DNA of 64,000 nucleotides from Candidatus Latescibacterota bacterium (GTDB lineage: Bacteria > Latescibacterota > UBA2968 > GCA-2709665): assembly GCA_965219995.1 (NCBI GenBank), contig CBDCOX010000002.1, positions 640,001 to 704,000 of the forward strand, in the 5' to 3' direction. The position numbers and the translations under genes were made by a program. Below the pieces are notes generated by a model. The model did not search any database and was not told the origin of the DNA. It worked only from the letters and a program-made list of their open reading frames with translations. Position 1 is the stretch's first letter. Every line of letters starts with the position of its first letter. Positions 1 through 10,581 of this stretch are shown here, one piece after another.

Positions 1-1
1 A

Positions 2-1261
2 GGTCTGCCGCACGTGGTGGTGGAGGTAAACGAGGAGATGCCCACGATGGCGGCCACGGCATCGGGCGGTACCGCGCCGTATACGTTTGGGATATCCGGC
101 CAGCCGGGGAACGTGACGACTAACCCAACAAGCGGGGTCATCAGTGGCAACGTCGGTGAAATACCCGGCAGATACACCGTGACTGTGACGGCGACGAGCG
201 CGTGCGGCTGCAAGGGCACGGGCACATTCACGATCACGGTCTCGTGTCCGACGATCACGGTGGGAGGGCTGTCGGACGTGGTGGTGGAAGTAAACGAGAA
301 GATGCCCACGATGACGGCCACGGCATCGGGTGGTGCGTCGCCGTATGCTTTTGCAATATCCGGCGAGCCCGGGGACGTGACGATTAGCGAAACAAGCGGG
401 GAAATAGAGGGCAACGTCGGCCTCCGTGCCGACACATACCCGGTGACGGTGACGGCGACGGACCGCTTCGGTTGTGAAAGTACCGGCACCTTCGATATCG
501 AAGTCGTCGATTACGACACGCTGGAGATCGACGACATCGGCGACGTGGATGCAGACGTCAACAAAGCTATTTCTTCGATAACGCCATCTGTCTCCGGAGG
601 CAAGACTCCGTACACGTTCTCGAGCTCCGGCAAACCCGCGGGCATCACGTCCAGCACGTCGACCGGTGTGATAAGCGGCGCGCCAACCGCGCTGGGCACG
701 TTCAACATCACGGTGACCGTCAGTGACGACCGCGGAGAAACGGATGAAACCGACTTTACCATGTACGTCAGCCGGTCGCTGTCTGTCGCTTCCGTTTCGG
801 ACGTGGTGGTGACGTGGTATCTTGACATGGACCCGATCCAGGTGTCGGCATCCGGCGGCAGGTCGCCGTACACTTTTTCTCTTGAAAGCCCGCCCGCCGG
901 CATTTCCATTAATCAGTCGTCCGGCGTCATCAGCGGCACGCCAACGCAGTTGGGCAGCGCATTGGTAACTGTCGTGGTACGAGATCAGGGCAGACGCCAG
1001 GTAACGACGTCGTTCAACATGACTGTGGCGCGTCCCGGGGATTTCAACGGCGACGGGAAGCGGGACGCGAAGGATGCGGCGCTGTTCAACCAGAAATTCG
1101 GGCTCCGGTCGTCGGACGCGGACTTCGACCGGCGAATGGACCTGAACGGTGACGGCGTGATCAACATGGCGGATATGGTGATTCTGACAGGCTATATCGA
1201 AGACGACGCGTCGTCGGACAGCGGAAGCGGGAATACATCGGGCGGTGGCGGGGGTGGGTGA
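2..1261 (+). CDS. Ig-like (He_PIG-type) repeat surface protein with C-terminal dockerin-like double EF-hand; 5' partial
   Basis: The frame is open to the window edge. It has four ~86-aa repeats of the form SGGxxPYxF...G.ISG.P...G...VTV.V.D and ends in GDFNGDGKRD...DLNGDGVINMADM. Confidence 0.8.
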   Translation, partial: GLPHVVVEVNEEMPTMAATASGGTAPYTFGISGQPGNVTTNPTSGVISGNVGEIPGRYTVTVTATSACGCKGTGTFTITVSCPTITVGGLSDVVVEVNEKMPTMTATASGGASPYAFAISGEPGDVTISETSGEIEGNVGLRADTYPVTVTATDRFGCESTGTFDIEVVDYDTLEIDDIGDVDADVNKAISSITPSVSGGKTPYTFSSSGKPAGITSSTSTGVISGAPTALGTFNITVTVSDDRGETDETDFTMYVSRSLSVASVSDVVVTWYLDMDPIQVSASGGRSPYTFSLESPPAGISINQSSGVISGTPTQLGSALVTVVVRDQGRRQVTTSFNMTVARPGDFNGDGKRDAKDAALFNQKFGLRSSDADFDRRMDLNGDGVINMADMVILTGYIEDDASSDSGSGNTSGGGGGG

Positions 1262-1326
1262 TCCCTGGCTGTTGTCTGATCCAGCATCCTTTCGAGCGCT
1301 TCATCAGTCCTGAATTTTCCGTGGTC

Positions 1327-1401
1327 GTGTAGGGGCGTCCCTTGTGGATGCCCTCACCGTGTAGGATCGTTGTGAGGGTGGGGCGGACATTCCTGTCTGC
1401 C
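1327..1401. repeat. Composite REP-like palindromic repeat (motif A GTGTAGGGGCGTCCCTTGTGG + motif B TGAGGGTGGGGCGGACATTCCTGTCTGCC)
   Basis: Both motifs are identical to 4071-4145 with the same 46-bp offset. Motif B is an imperfect hairpin, GGGCRGACA-TTCC-TGTCTGCC. Confidence 0.8.
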
Positions 1402-1455
1402 TGCCTCGACGTCGTTCTTCCGGCACGGAGAGACCCCGACGGAGGTGATATCGGC

Positions 1456-3975
1456 GTGAAGAGATGGATCGTTCATTGTTTGCTTACACGGCTGGTGCTG
1501 GCTTCCTGTATCGTGGCGGTGCTGTGTCTGCCTCTGGTGGCGCATGGGTCGCCGTCGGCGTTGGACAGCGTACTTCACTGCATGGTATTGGACGAGGCGC
1601 GGTGGGACGATGCGCCTGTTGCGGGCAAGGTTGCGTCGGAGCTGAACGTGGGTGAGCCGCGCACGGTGCGCATGATCTACTTTCTGCCGAGCGACCGTCC
1701 GTACCGGCAGTCGGTGGTGGACACGATGAAGGCGAGGATGGTGCGTATGCAGCGGTTGTTCGGCGAGCAGATGGAATCGCACGGGTATGGGTATATGACG
1801 TTCCGGTATGAGGCGGACGCGGCGGGCGCGCCGGTGGTGCACCGCGTGGACGGCGAACACACGCGTGGCTATTACAATATCCACTCATCGGCACGGGTGA
1901 GAGAAGAGGTATATCAGGTATTTGATCCGGCCCATGTGGTGCTCTTCTCCGTGCTCGATCATGGCTACGGGCCATCGATTGGAGTTGGGCGCAGCGGCCG
2001 AGCAGGAGGCGTCGCTGCAGGTGGTAAGGATGGAGGTGGACTGTTGATTCCCGCCGGCGTCCGATATGGCACGGCCGTGCACGAACTTGCGCATGCGTTC
2101 GGGTTGCTGTGGCACGACTTTCGCGACGAGGACTATTTCCTGTCGTCTGCCGGAGGTGGTCGATTGTCGGCCTGCAGTGCGGCCTACCTGTCGGTAAGTC
2201 CGTATATCAACCCGGAAGTCCCCCTCAAGATCGACTGGCGGTCCATGCCTGCCATCGAACTACTGTCGCCGCCTCGCTACTATGAAGAAGGTACCGAAAG
2301 CCTCACCATCCGTCTCAGGATTGCGGCGCCGCACGGCCTGCATCAGCTGATCGCAAAGGTGCCGACGCCCGGGGAGTTGTCCTGGGAAGTGCTGGGGTGC
2401 CGCCTCTTCTCTGGCGAGGAGGAAGTCGAGATCGAGTACGAGTTTGACGGTGGGATTCCTTCTGCGCGTGCGACGAAGCTGTCGGACCCACCTGCTCATT
2501 CCGTATCGTTCACAGCGGTCGACAGGCGCGGTAATCGAGAACCAGAGGTATTCAGATTCGCACAGCGTTCGCCGTATCACCTGGCGACGCTGGAGGGGCA
2601 TACGGACGACGTCTGGGAGGTGGCGGTCTCGCCCGACGGGGCGACGCTGGCGTCGGGATCACGCGACAGGACCGTCAGGCTGTGGGATACGAAGACGCGA
2701 AGGGAGATCGCCACCCTTGAAGTGGGCGGGCCCAACAGGTATATCCTTTCACTGGCGTTCTCTCCCGACGGAACGCTGCTGGCTGCCGGAGGAGCCGACA
2801 AAGGGATCGAGCTGTGGGACCTGGCGTCGCGGCAGTTGGCGGGGACGCTGGAAGGGCATACGGGGCGGGTGGTAACGTTGGCGTTTTCCCCCGACGGAGG
2901 CACGCTGGTGTCGGGATCGTCGTATGGCGAGGACAGGATCAAGGTCTGGGACGTGGCCTCACGGGAGCTTCTGGGCGAGTTGCAAGGACATACCGAACAC
3001 GTGCGTCAGGTGGCGTTTTCTCCGGACGGTCGAACTCTGGCGTCGTGTTCAGCCGACCGCACCATCAGGATCTGGGACCTGGCGGAGTTGAAGGAACGGT
3101 ACCGGCTGGTGCGCATAAGAGGCGGCCTGATCAGTTCGATCGCGTTCTCGCCGGACGGGCGCATCCTGGCTGCCGACGCGACGGCGGAGGGGCTCATCGT
3201 GTTGTGGGACTGGGCCGCGCAACGCAATATCGCGGACGTGCCGATGGTGCACGATACAGGGATCGGCTATCTGACGTTTTCGCCGGACGGGGAGAGTCTA
3301 GCTACGGTGGGACGCCTCCTTGTGATCGTGCGCGACGTCGCGACGGGTAAGGCGCGGCAGAGGTTCAAGGTGCGGCAATCGATTCCGCATTCCGCCGTGG
3401 TTGGTTCTCTGGTCTATTGGCCGGACGGGTCGGTACTTGGCGTGGGGACGTACGACAACAGTATCGAGTTGTGGGACACGTCCGAGTGGGTGCGGCGGCG
3501 GCCCGATCGGGTGGAGGTCGTCTCGGGCTTCGGACAGCGCGGCGTGGCGGGCACGGCGCTGCCGGCGCCGTTCGTGGCCTCGGTGCTTGACCAGAACGGG
3601 GATCCGTTCCCGGGTATTCCCGTGCTGTTTGCCGTTACCGAAGGCGGCGGCGCGGTCTCGACAACGGCCGCGAGGGCGGATACGAGCGGGCGCGCGGCCA
3701 CGACGCTGACGCTGGGCCCACAGCCGGGGATGCACACGGTGGTGGCGCGTGCGATAGACCTCGCGTCAGCGGTCTTTACCGCGACTGCCCACGGCAGCCC
3801 CGACCTCAACGGCGATGGCGCGGTGGATTTCGAGGATTTCGTGCTGTTCGCGCAAAAGTTCGGGCGCGAAAGCGACGACGACGGGTACGACGCCCGATTT
3901 GATCTGGACGGCGACGGCGCCATCGGGTTTTCCGACTTCCTCATCTTCGCGAACGCGTTCGGGCAAGGCGCGTAA
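1456..3975 (+). CDS. Secreted Zn-metallopeptidase (HELAH) + WD40 beta-propeller + Big-1-like Ig + dockerin-like domain
   Basis: GTG at 1456 follows GGAGG; hydrophobic N-terminus; HELAHAFGLLWHD zincin motif; about 7 GH...AFSPDG...WD repeats; GRAATTLTLGP Ig; PDLNGDGAVDFEDF...DLDGDGAIGFSDF. The ORF-track start at 1342 runs through a repeat. Confidence 0.85.
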   Translation: MKRWIVHCLLTRLVLASCIVAVLCLPLVAHGSPSALDSVLHCMVLDEARWDDAPVAGKVASELNVGEPRTVRMIYFLPSDRPYRQSVVDTMKARMVRMQRLFGEQMESHGYGYMTFRYEADAAGAPVVHRVDGEHTRGYYNIHSSARVREEVYQVFDPAHVVLFSVLDHGYGPSIGVGRSGRAGGVAAGGKDGGGLLIPAGVRYGTAVHELAHAFGLLWHDFRDEDYFLSSAGGGRLSACSAAYLSVSPYINPEVPLKIDWRSMPAIELLSPPRYYEEGTESLTIRLRIAAPHGLHQLIAKVPTPGELSWEVLGCRLFSGEEEVEIEYEFDGGIPSARATKLSDPPAHSVSFTAVDRRGNREPEVFRFAQRSPYHLATLEGHTDDVWEVAVSPDGATLASGSRDRTVRLWDTKTRREIATLEVGGPNRYILSLAFSPDGTLLAAGGADKGIELWDLASRQLAGTLEGHTGRVVTLAFSPDGGTLVSGSSYGEDRIKVWDVASRELLGELQGHTEHVRQVAFSPDGRTLASCSADRTIRIWDLAELKERYRLVRIRGGLISSIAFSPDGRILAADATAEGLIVLWDWAAQRNIADVPMVHDTGIGYLTFSPDGESLATVGRLLVIVRDVATGKARQRFKVRQSIPHSAVVGSLVYWPDGSVLGVGTYDNSIELWDTSEWVRRRPDRVEVVSGFGQRGVAGTALPAPFVASVLDQNGDPFPGIPVLFAVTEGGGAVSTTAARADTSGRAATTLTLGPQPGMHTVVARAIDLASAVFTATAHGSPDLNGDGAVDFEDFVLFAQKFGRESDDDGYDARFDLDGDGAIGFSDFLIFANAFGQGA

Positions 3976-4070
3976 TATTACCCTCCAACTGTCGCATTAT
4001 GCGACAGTTGCGACGCAAATCGCCACACCTCTGTGCCGCCCGTCCCGCAACTCGCCAATCACCATTGCCT

Positions 4071-4250
4071 GTGTAGGGGCGTCCCTTGTGGGCGCCCGTA
4101 CCGAGCAGGACCGGCCTGAGGGTGGGGCGGACATTCCTGTCTGCCCACGTCGATGTTCAGGAGGCCTCCGCGCACATGTGTTTACTGCACTATTACGTCA
4201 GTGACAATCGTGAAGACGGGAGATTCTTCGCTGCGCTCAGAATGACATGC
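4071..4250. repeat. Composite REP-like cluster (motifs A, B and C GAAGACGGGAGATTCTTCGCTGCGCTCAGAATGACATGC)
   Basis: Motifs A and B match 1327-1401. Motif C (4212-4250) matches 24339-24377 at 38/39 positions. Confidence 0.8.
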
Positions 4251-4365
4251 GGGGCGATCACCATAGGCGAGATGTGTCCGTTACATCAGGCAGCTCGTCG
4301 GGAACTGCACCCTGCCCCTCGCAGGGGAGGGGTCTCCTTCCGGCGACGCATGTCGCGACACCGCA

Positions 4366-6810
4366 TCACGGCTCCTCTTCGCGTTGCGTCGGGCGGGCGC
4401 TTTCCGTCGTCGCAGCTGGTTTACCTTCCGGTTTTCCGATGCGGTAGCCGACCCCGTGCTCCGTGAAAATGTATCGTGGATCGTCGGCATCGTCACCCAG
4501 CTTCCGGCGCAGCCTCTTGACCAGGGTACGGACGCGGCGCATGTCGCCGCCGCGCCGGCGGCCCCAGATTCGACGCAACAGCGCATCGTGCGTCACCACC
4601 CGGCCGGGGCTGGCACAGAGTTCACGCAGCAACTCGTACTCATGTGCGGTCAAGTCCACGCGGCGTCCACCGACGGTCACGCTCCGTTCTTCGATATCGA
4701 CGGCGAGGTCCTGCAATGCAAATGGTTCTTCAGTGACTTTTCGTAAGGGGCCTGCCTCCTTGCGCAGCGCCGCCTTGATTCGCACGACGAGCTCCGTCGG
4801 AGAAAAAGGCTTCACGATATAGTCGGACGCGCCCAATGCGAACGCCCGTTCAACGTTTTCTTCCTGGCCGTATCCGGACAGGAAGATCACCGGGATCCTG
4901 TCGATCTCGAGGATTTCTTTCATCAGTGCGAATCCGTCCGTGCCAGGCAGTACGAGGTCGAGGAGGACCAGGCGAGGCTCGCGCGACTCGATCAGTTCCG
5001 CAACCTCGCCCGGGTCGCCCGTTACAATCGCTGCGTAACCGGCTTGCGTAAGGGTTTCACGTACGGATCTCAACGTCTGCGGGTCGTCATCCACCGCGAG
5101 GATTGCGCCGTTGTGTTTTTCGCTGTCGCGCGCATGCTTACCCGTACGCGCCGGGGCGCGGACCGCGGATGCCGGGATTTCCTCCGCAACGGGTACCGTG
5201 AACGTGACCTTCGTGCCAAGGCCCGGCCCGTCGCTATCGGCCCACACTCTTCCTCCGTGGGCCTCTACGATCCCCTTGCAGATGGCAAGACCCAACCCGG
5301 TGCCCTGGGAAACCCTCTCATCGTTATTGCCGTCGATTTGCGAAAACTTCCTGAAGAGTTGCGGCAGGAGGTCTTCGGTCAGACCCTTGCCTTCGTCGGC
5401 AACTGAAATATGTACGTGGAAGTCTTCGCGTATCGCAGCCAGCCGAATCGGTGACGACGCGTCGGAGAACCTGGCGGCATTGAAAAGGAGATTGTCCAGC
5501 ACCTGAACGATGCGACGCCTGTCTACCATCACCCAGGGCAGGTCCGGCGACAGGTTGATTTCTATGGCGCGGCCGTCGTCGCCGCGCAGGAAGGCATTCC
5601 GCGCCTCGTCCACGATGTCCCCGACGTCAGCCGGCTCCGGCGTGATCGCAAGCGAGCCCGTCTCGATTCTGGCGACGTCGAGCAGGTCGCTGATGAGGTC
5701 GCGCATGCGATCCGCCTGCTGGTCGATGATCCGATAGAACTGCCGCGCTTCGGCGGGATCGAGTATCGACGCATCGTCGAGCAGGGCGGCGGTCGAGCCC
5801 TTGATGGACGTCAACGGGACCCGAAGTTCGTGGCTGACCATCCCCAGGAACTCGGCGCGCAGTCGCTCCAGGTCCTCCAGGGGCGTCATGTCCTGAATGG
5901 TCACGACCACCGACTCGATCTCACCGTCCTTGGAACGAATGGGCGTGGCATTGACCAGCGTCGTCACGGACCGGCCGTCAGGTACATGGAGGACGATCTC
6001 CTCCGCGCGCACCGTCTCCCCGGAGCGCAGTAACCGGGCCAGTTGAGATCCTTCCAGGGAGACCTCCCGTCCGTCGGCGCGCCGGAACGCCAGCACATCG
6101 AGAAGCTGCTCTTCCGGATGGCCCGGTGTGAGCAGAACGCCCACGATCCTTCTCGCCTCCCGGTTGAAGGTCTGTGGCACGCCGGACCTTGCGTCGAAGA
6201 CTACGACCCCAACCGGTGAGGTGTCGATCAGGGTCTCCAGGTCGAGCCTCGCCTTCTGCTCGTCCCGGTGCCGGCGTGCGTTGGCAATGACCAGCGCCGC
6301 CTGCGAGGCAAACATCACCAGGGTTTCTTCGTCTGCCGGCGTGAACGCGTCTTCGCCTGCCTTCTCACAAAGGCTGAATGTCCCCACGCTCTGACCGCGG
6401 TATCGGATCGGCGTTGCCAACGCCGCGGGGGTGGGACTCAGAGGTATCTGTGGGCGGAATTCGGGCAGGCCTTCAGACCGGAGGTAGCTGTGGAGATTGC
6501 GAAGGCGCAGCGGCTCCCTTATATGGGTGAAGTGTTCGAAGAGTTTGTGCCTCTCCGGCCGTAACCACAGCCGCGTGGACTGTATGGGCGATAGCCCGGA
6601 CGTTTTGCAGTCCTGCACCCGCCCCTCATCGTCCAGCAGTACCATCAGGCCGTACGTTGCACCGGTCAGCGATCGGGCGCTGTCCAGGACCTCCTGCAAT
6701 ACGGCGTCGAACTCCAGGCTTTCATTGATGCGAAGGCTGGCCTCGACAAGCCTCGACAGCCGGTTGCGGAGCGCCTCAATCTGTTGATCCCGTTCGTCGA
6801 TTTGCGTCAC
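4366..6810 (-). CDS. Cytoplasmic hybrid sensor-regulator: GAF-PAS-HisKA-HATPase-REC-OmpR/PhoB winged helix
   Basis: H-box SHELRVPLTSIKG; N-box NLLFNA; G1 DEGKG; G2 GTGLGLAIC; receiver VDDD...LLDLVLP...KPF; C-terminal LTAHEYELL...LRRKLGDD...IFTEHGVGY. No transmembrane segment is visible. Confidence 0.9.
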   Translation of the reverse strand: MTQIDERDQQIEALRNRLSRLVEASLRINESLEFDAVLQEVLDSARSLTGATYGLMVLLDDEGRVQDCKTSGLSPIQSTRLWLRPERHKLFEHFTHIREPLRLRNLHSYLRSEGLPEFRPQIPLSPTPAALATPIRYRGQSVGTFSLCEKAGEDAFTPADEETLVMFASQAALVIANARRHRDEQKARLDLETLIDTSPVGVVVFDARSGVPQTFNREARRIVGVLLTPGHPEEQLLDVLAFRRADGREVSLEGSQLARLLRSGETVRAEEIVLHVPDGRSVTTLVNATPIRSKDGEIESVVVTIQDMTPLEDLERLRAEFLGMVSHELRVPLTSIKGSTAALLDDASILDPAEARQFYRIIDQQADRMRDLISDLLDVARIETGSLAITPEPADVGDIVDEARNAFLRGDDGRAIEINLSPDLPWVMVDRRRIVQVLDNLLFNAARFSDASSPIRLAAIREDFHVHISVADEGKGLTEDLLPQLFRKFSQIDGNNDERVSQGTGLGLAICKGIVEAHGGRVWADSDGPGLGTKVTFTVPVAEEIPASAVRAPARTGKHARDSEKHNGAILAVDDDPQTLRSVRETLTQAGYAAIVTGDPGEVAELIESREPRLVLLDLVLPGTDGFALMKEILEIDRIPVIFLSGYGQEENVERAFALGASDYIVKPFSPTELVVRIKAALRKEAGPLRKVTEEPFALQDLAVDIEERSVTVGGRRVDLTAHEYELLRELCASPGRVVTHDALLRRIWGRRRGGDMRRVRTLVKRLRRKLGDDADDPRYIFTEHGVGYRIGKPEGKPAATTESARPTQREEEP

Positions 6811-8258
6811 CCTGTAGAGGAGCGAAAGACCATTGGAATCGAATGTTTCACGGCGTGTTCCCGAGTGTTACGTCCTGCGACAGTCGGTTCACTCGATGAT
6901 TCACAATATAGGACAGGGAGTTTCGTGAATCCAGGGCAATTTCCGAGCGGCAAGTCAATTCCACGGAATTCACGTTTCGACGTCCCGGTCAGGTAGGTCT
7001 CCGAGACGATATCCTTCCCCCGGCTGATTGAGGAGGTACGTGGGATTGTTCGCGTCGTCTCCCAGCTTGCGGCGAATTTTTTTAATTGTCGTTCGCAAAC
7101 GTCGTGTGTCACCGGAGTCCGGCGTGTCCCAGACCCGCCGCAGCAGATCCTCACTGGTCACCAGCCGCCCCGCGTTGGTCGATAGCTCCACCATCAGGCG
7201 GTACTCGAGTTTGGTCAGCTGTACGGGTCTTTCTGCGATCGTCACTTCACGTCGACCGTAGTCAATCCTCAAATCTCCCAGCACGAACGGTTTTTCCGGC
7301 AGGGCGTGCTCCCGTTCCTCACGTCGTCGCAATGCGGCCCTGATCCTGGCCGACAGTTCGGCGGGCGCAAAGGGTTTGACCACGTAATCGGCAGCCCCGG
7401 CGTCGAATGCCCGTGCAATCGCTTCCTCGTGTGCGTACGCCGAAAGGAAGATGACCGGAAGATCGGGATCTGCAATGACGTCGGTCATCACGTCCACACC
7501 GTCGGTACCCGGCAGGACCAGGTCCAGCAGCACGAGGGATGGCCGGTGTTGTTCCAGGAGATCGGGTATGTCGTGTGGATTTCCGGTCGCGACGGGCGCA
7601 TATCCCTCTCCGGACAGGACGTTTTTGACGTTGCGCAGCGCCTGAATATCGTCGTCAACGACCAGGATGGATACCGGCTCCCGTCCCCCGGTCCGCCGGA
7701 GGGCGTCATCTGCCCCCGATGGCGGCTCTGGTTTGCTCAGGACTTCCTCAGCAATCGGCAGGGTGAACGTGATGCGGGTCTCCGATTCCAGGCCTTCGCT
7801 ATTCACCCGGATCCGCCCTCCATGGGCTTCCACGATACCCCTGCAGACGGCAAGGCCCCAACCGGATACCACCTCGTCATCGGGCGCTTCGCCCTCGGCA
7901 TGCCCGGTGAGCTTTCGGAACATGCTCGAAACGCGTTCGCCGGAACCCTTGCGGCGCTGATCCGAAACCGTAATCGCCAGATGGTGGCCGTCCTCGACAG
8001 CGGCGATCCGTATGGGCGTAGCGTCCGGCGTGTAGCCGGCCGCGTTGAACAGGAGATTGCCCAAAACGCCGACAATCCGCCGGCCGTCCGCCATGACTCT
8101 CGGAAGGTCCGGCGGCAGATCGATCCGCACGTTGGATCTTCCGGCGCCACCGACGAAGGCGTCGCGTGCCTGTTCCACCAGGTCGATGACCGCCTCCGGT
8201 TGGGGATCGACTGGCAGGGCGCCGGTCCCTATGCCCGCCACGTCCTGAAGGTCTTTAA

Positions 8259-9811
8259 CCTCAATGTGAAATAAATCAGGCTGCATTCTGTAGTGCGTTG
8301 CAGATTTTGCGGTATTGTTTTTCGGTGTGCTTGTTGCGTTGGAGACGCAGGGTAAGCCGCCCTTCGGGTCGGATAAGGTGTCCGGCGCGGTTGATGATCT
8401 CGAACCGGAGGGTGCGTATGGATTTGAGGGGCCATCGGTTGGTATTTTTCAAGGTGCGATTGCGTTTTGTCAGTCCGGTTTCAATTTGGAAGTTGACCAG
8501 GAGGTTGTGCGCGAGAATGACGAACTGTTGCCAGGCACTATTGGCGTCGTAATTGTGTGTGGGGATGGTATCGAAGCTGAGACCGGTCTTGAGTTCGCCG
8601 ATGGCTTTTTCGTGCATGCCGCGTCCTGCCATGAAGCGCCAGAGCGCGCGCAACTTGAAGGGTAGATTGGTGGCCACCGCGGAGTATTCGAAGGTGCCGT
8701 CATCGGGATCGAACAGGTCCAACTGGTAGTTCTTGCGGGTTTTATGGAAGACGCGTTTTCGAAAGATGGCGATGTTGAGGGTGCGTTCCCATTTTTTGAC
8801 CGTCAGCGTTGACGGAAAGCCGTCGACGCCTTTCTCGATGCGCTGCCAGTTGCTGCATTGACGGATTTTGTGCTGTAAGTCCAGGCCTTTCCAGAAGGGC
8901 ACCTTGATGGCATACGAGGCCTTGTTCTTGATAAGCGTGTTCACCACATCCTCTTTGAAAAAGTCGCCATCCATGCGGAATCGCAGGGTGTAGGCGTGCC
9001 CCAGGCTTTCTTTGATCTGAGAGAACACATCTTTTAGAAACCCGATGGAGGCGCTGCCATCGTTGATGTTGCCGGGCCGGTTGTGCGCGCGGAGAAAATG
9101 ACCGCTGTCGGCCAGGTAGGCGGTAATCGGATAGTAACTGGGGACTTTGCGATGATGCGGATTATACCCGCGGTGGGCGCCGCCGACGCGTTTGCCCGTG
9201 CACAAGACGGTGCCGTCCACGTCGATCGTCAATTTTCGTGCGCGCAACAACTTGATCTTATGAGCAACCACGGCGGCGTTGAGGGCTTTCAGGGCGTCGA
9301 GACCCTTGTCGGTAAACCGTCTCAGAAACAGGCTCATGCTGCGGGGGGTCGGTAGATCCTTCAGACCGCAGAACCGCTGCAGCAGGGGATCTCCTTTCAA
9401 GAAATCCAGATGCCGCAACCGACGGCCGCCTATCCACAGCAAACCCAACAGAACACGGGAAAGGCTCACCACACCGAAGTCGCCGCCAAAGCACGCACTG
9501 CCCAGGTGACGGCGCAATTGCCTGTTCCAATCGATGGTTCGCAAATAGCGCATCAACAACTCCAAACCCGCATACGAGGTGAGGCCTTCACCCGTGAATT
9601 CCATCTTCAAATCGTCGTTGACACGCGCGTGCAAATCCGCTTTCTTTCGTCTCACTGTACGTGGCCTTTCGTTTTGGGTGAATTGGGGGTTTCGTCGCTT
9701 CCCAATATACCAAAATGGAAGGCCTTTTCCTATTGATAAATATAGACTTATTCGTGTTTTCGCCTGGTCTTCAATGCTCCGAATTTCATCAACATTATTT
9801 TCGCATTGAGG
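8259..9811 (-). mobile_element. IS1380-family insertion sequence (1,553 bp)
   Basis: Terminal inverted repeats CCTCAATGTGAAATAAAT / CCTCAATGCGAAAATAAT match at 15/18. TTAA target duplication at 8255-8258 and 9812-9815. Lower GC than the flanks. Confidence 0.92.
8276..9655 (-). CDS. IS1380-family DDE transposase
   Basis: 459 aa; LTSYAGL N-terminal motif, IDVDGT, GYNP...YYP, RMDGDFF and RGMHEKAIGELK are typical of IS1380 transposases. Confidence 0.88.
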   Translation of the reverse strand: MRRKKADLHARVNDDLKMEFTGEGLTSYAGLELLMRYLRTIDWNRQLRRHLGSACFGGDFGVVSLSRVLLGLLWIGGRRLRHLDFLKGDPLLQRFCGLKDLPTPRSMSLFLRRFTDKGLDALKALNAAVVAHKIKLLRARKLTIDVDGTVLCTGKRVGGAHRGYNPHHRKVPSYYPITAYLADSGHFLRAHNRPGNINDGSASIGFLKDVFSQIKESLGHAYTLRFRMDGDFFKEDVVNTLIKNKASYAIKVPFWKGLDLQHKIRQCSNWQRIEKGVDGFPSTLTVKKWERTLNIAIFRKRVFHKTRKNYQLDLFDPDDGTFEYSAVATNLPFKLRALWRFMAGRGMHEKAIGELKTGLSFDTIPTHNYDANSAWQQFVILAHNLLVNFQIETGLTKRNRTLKNTNRWPLKSIRTLRFEIINRAGHLIRPEGRLTLRLQRNKHTEKQYRKICNALQNAA

Positions 9812-10581
9812 TTAATTATCGCGTATATGAAGTCGGCCTGCTCATCGATGATCCGGAGGAGCTGTGACGTCTCGGCAGCGTCCCGTTCAGCACTGTCGCC
9901 CAGCGCGGTAGAGGCCGCGCCCTTGATGGCAGCCAGCGGCGTGCGCAGTTCGTGGCTGACGACGGCCAGCAGTCCGCCGCGCAGCCGCAACAGATCCTCT
10001 ATGGGCGTCAGATCCTGCAGAGTCACCACAAGCGACGCAACCCCGCCGTCGTCTGAATGAACCGGCGCCGCGTTCATCAACACACTCACCCGTCGGCCGT
10101 CGGGGACGTGAAATACGACTTCCTCCGCCCGAATCGTCTCGCCCGTACTCGTCGCCCGGGCAACAGGATGCTCCTCGGACGAAGCCGTTTTCCCGTCACC
10201 TCGTCGGACGGTCATCGTCTTCAGGAGATGATCCATCCGCTGTCCCGGCGCTAACAGGTCGTTCGAGAGCCTTCTTGCTTCCTGGTTGATCGACACCAGC
10301 GTACCCGCTATGGCATCGATGACCACGAGGCCAACCGGCGACGTGTTTAGCAGCGTCTCCAGATCGAGGCTCTCGCTGATCCGCACGCTTGATTCGCCCG
10401 ACATGGAATGCCGCATCCCCCGCGTCCGGTCTTTTCCGCCAGCCTGCTCCTCTGACTCCATGACCTCTCCTTGAATCGCTGATTGAACATCCTGTCATTC
10501 CGGTATGTGATCGACGGAGACCTCCCGTCGCAGGATGACCGACCGGTGGTGCGGAGGTTTTTCCATTGCCTGATCGAGAAA

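Larger units (their letters stand above)
6970..10461 (-). pseudogene. Paralogous PAS-HisKA-HATPase-REC-wHTH fusion interrupted by IS1380-family element
   Basis: Removing 8259-9811 and one TTAA restores an in-frame 644-aa ORF reading ...QADFIYAIIKDLQDVAG..., collinear with the paralog's QADRMRDLISDLLDVAR. Confidence 0.9.

Noticed and set aside
4086-4466. 126-aa plus-strand ORF after the peptidase gene
   Set aside because: It is a translation of REP motifs (RVGRTFLSA, GRFFAALRMT recur at other repeat loci), not a gene.
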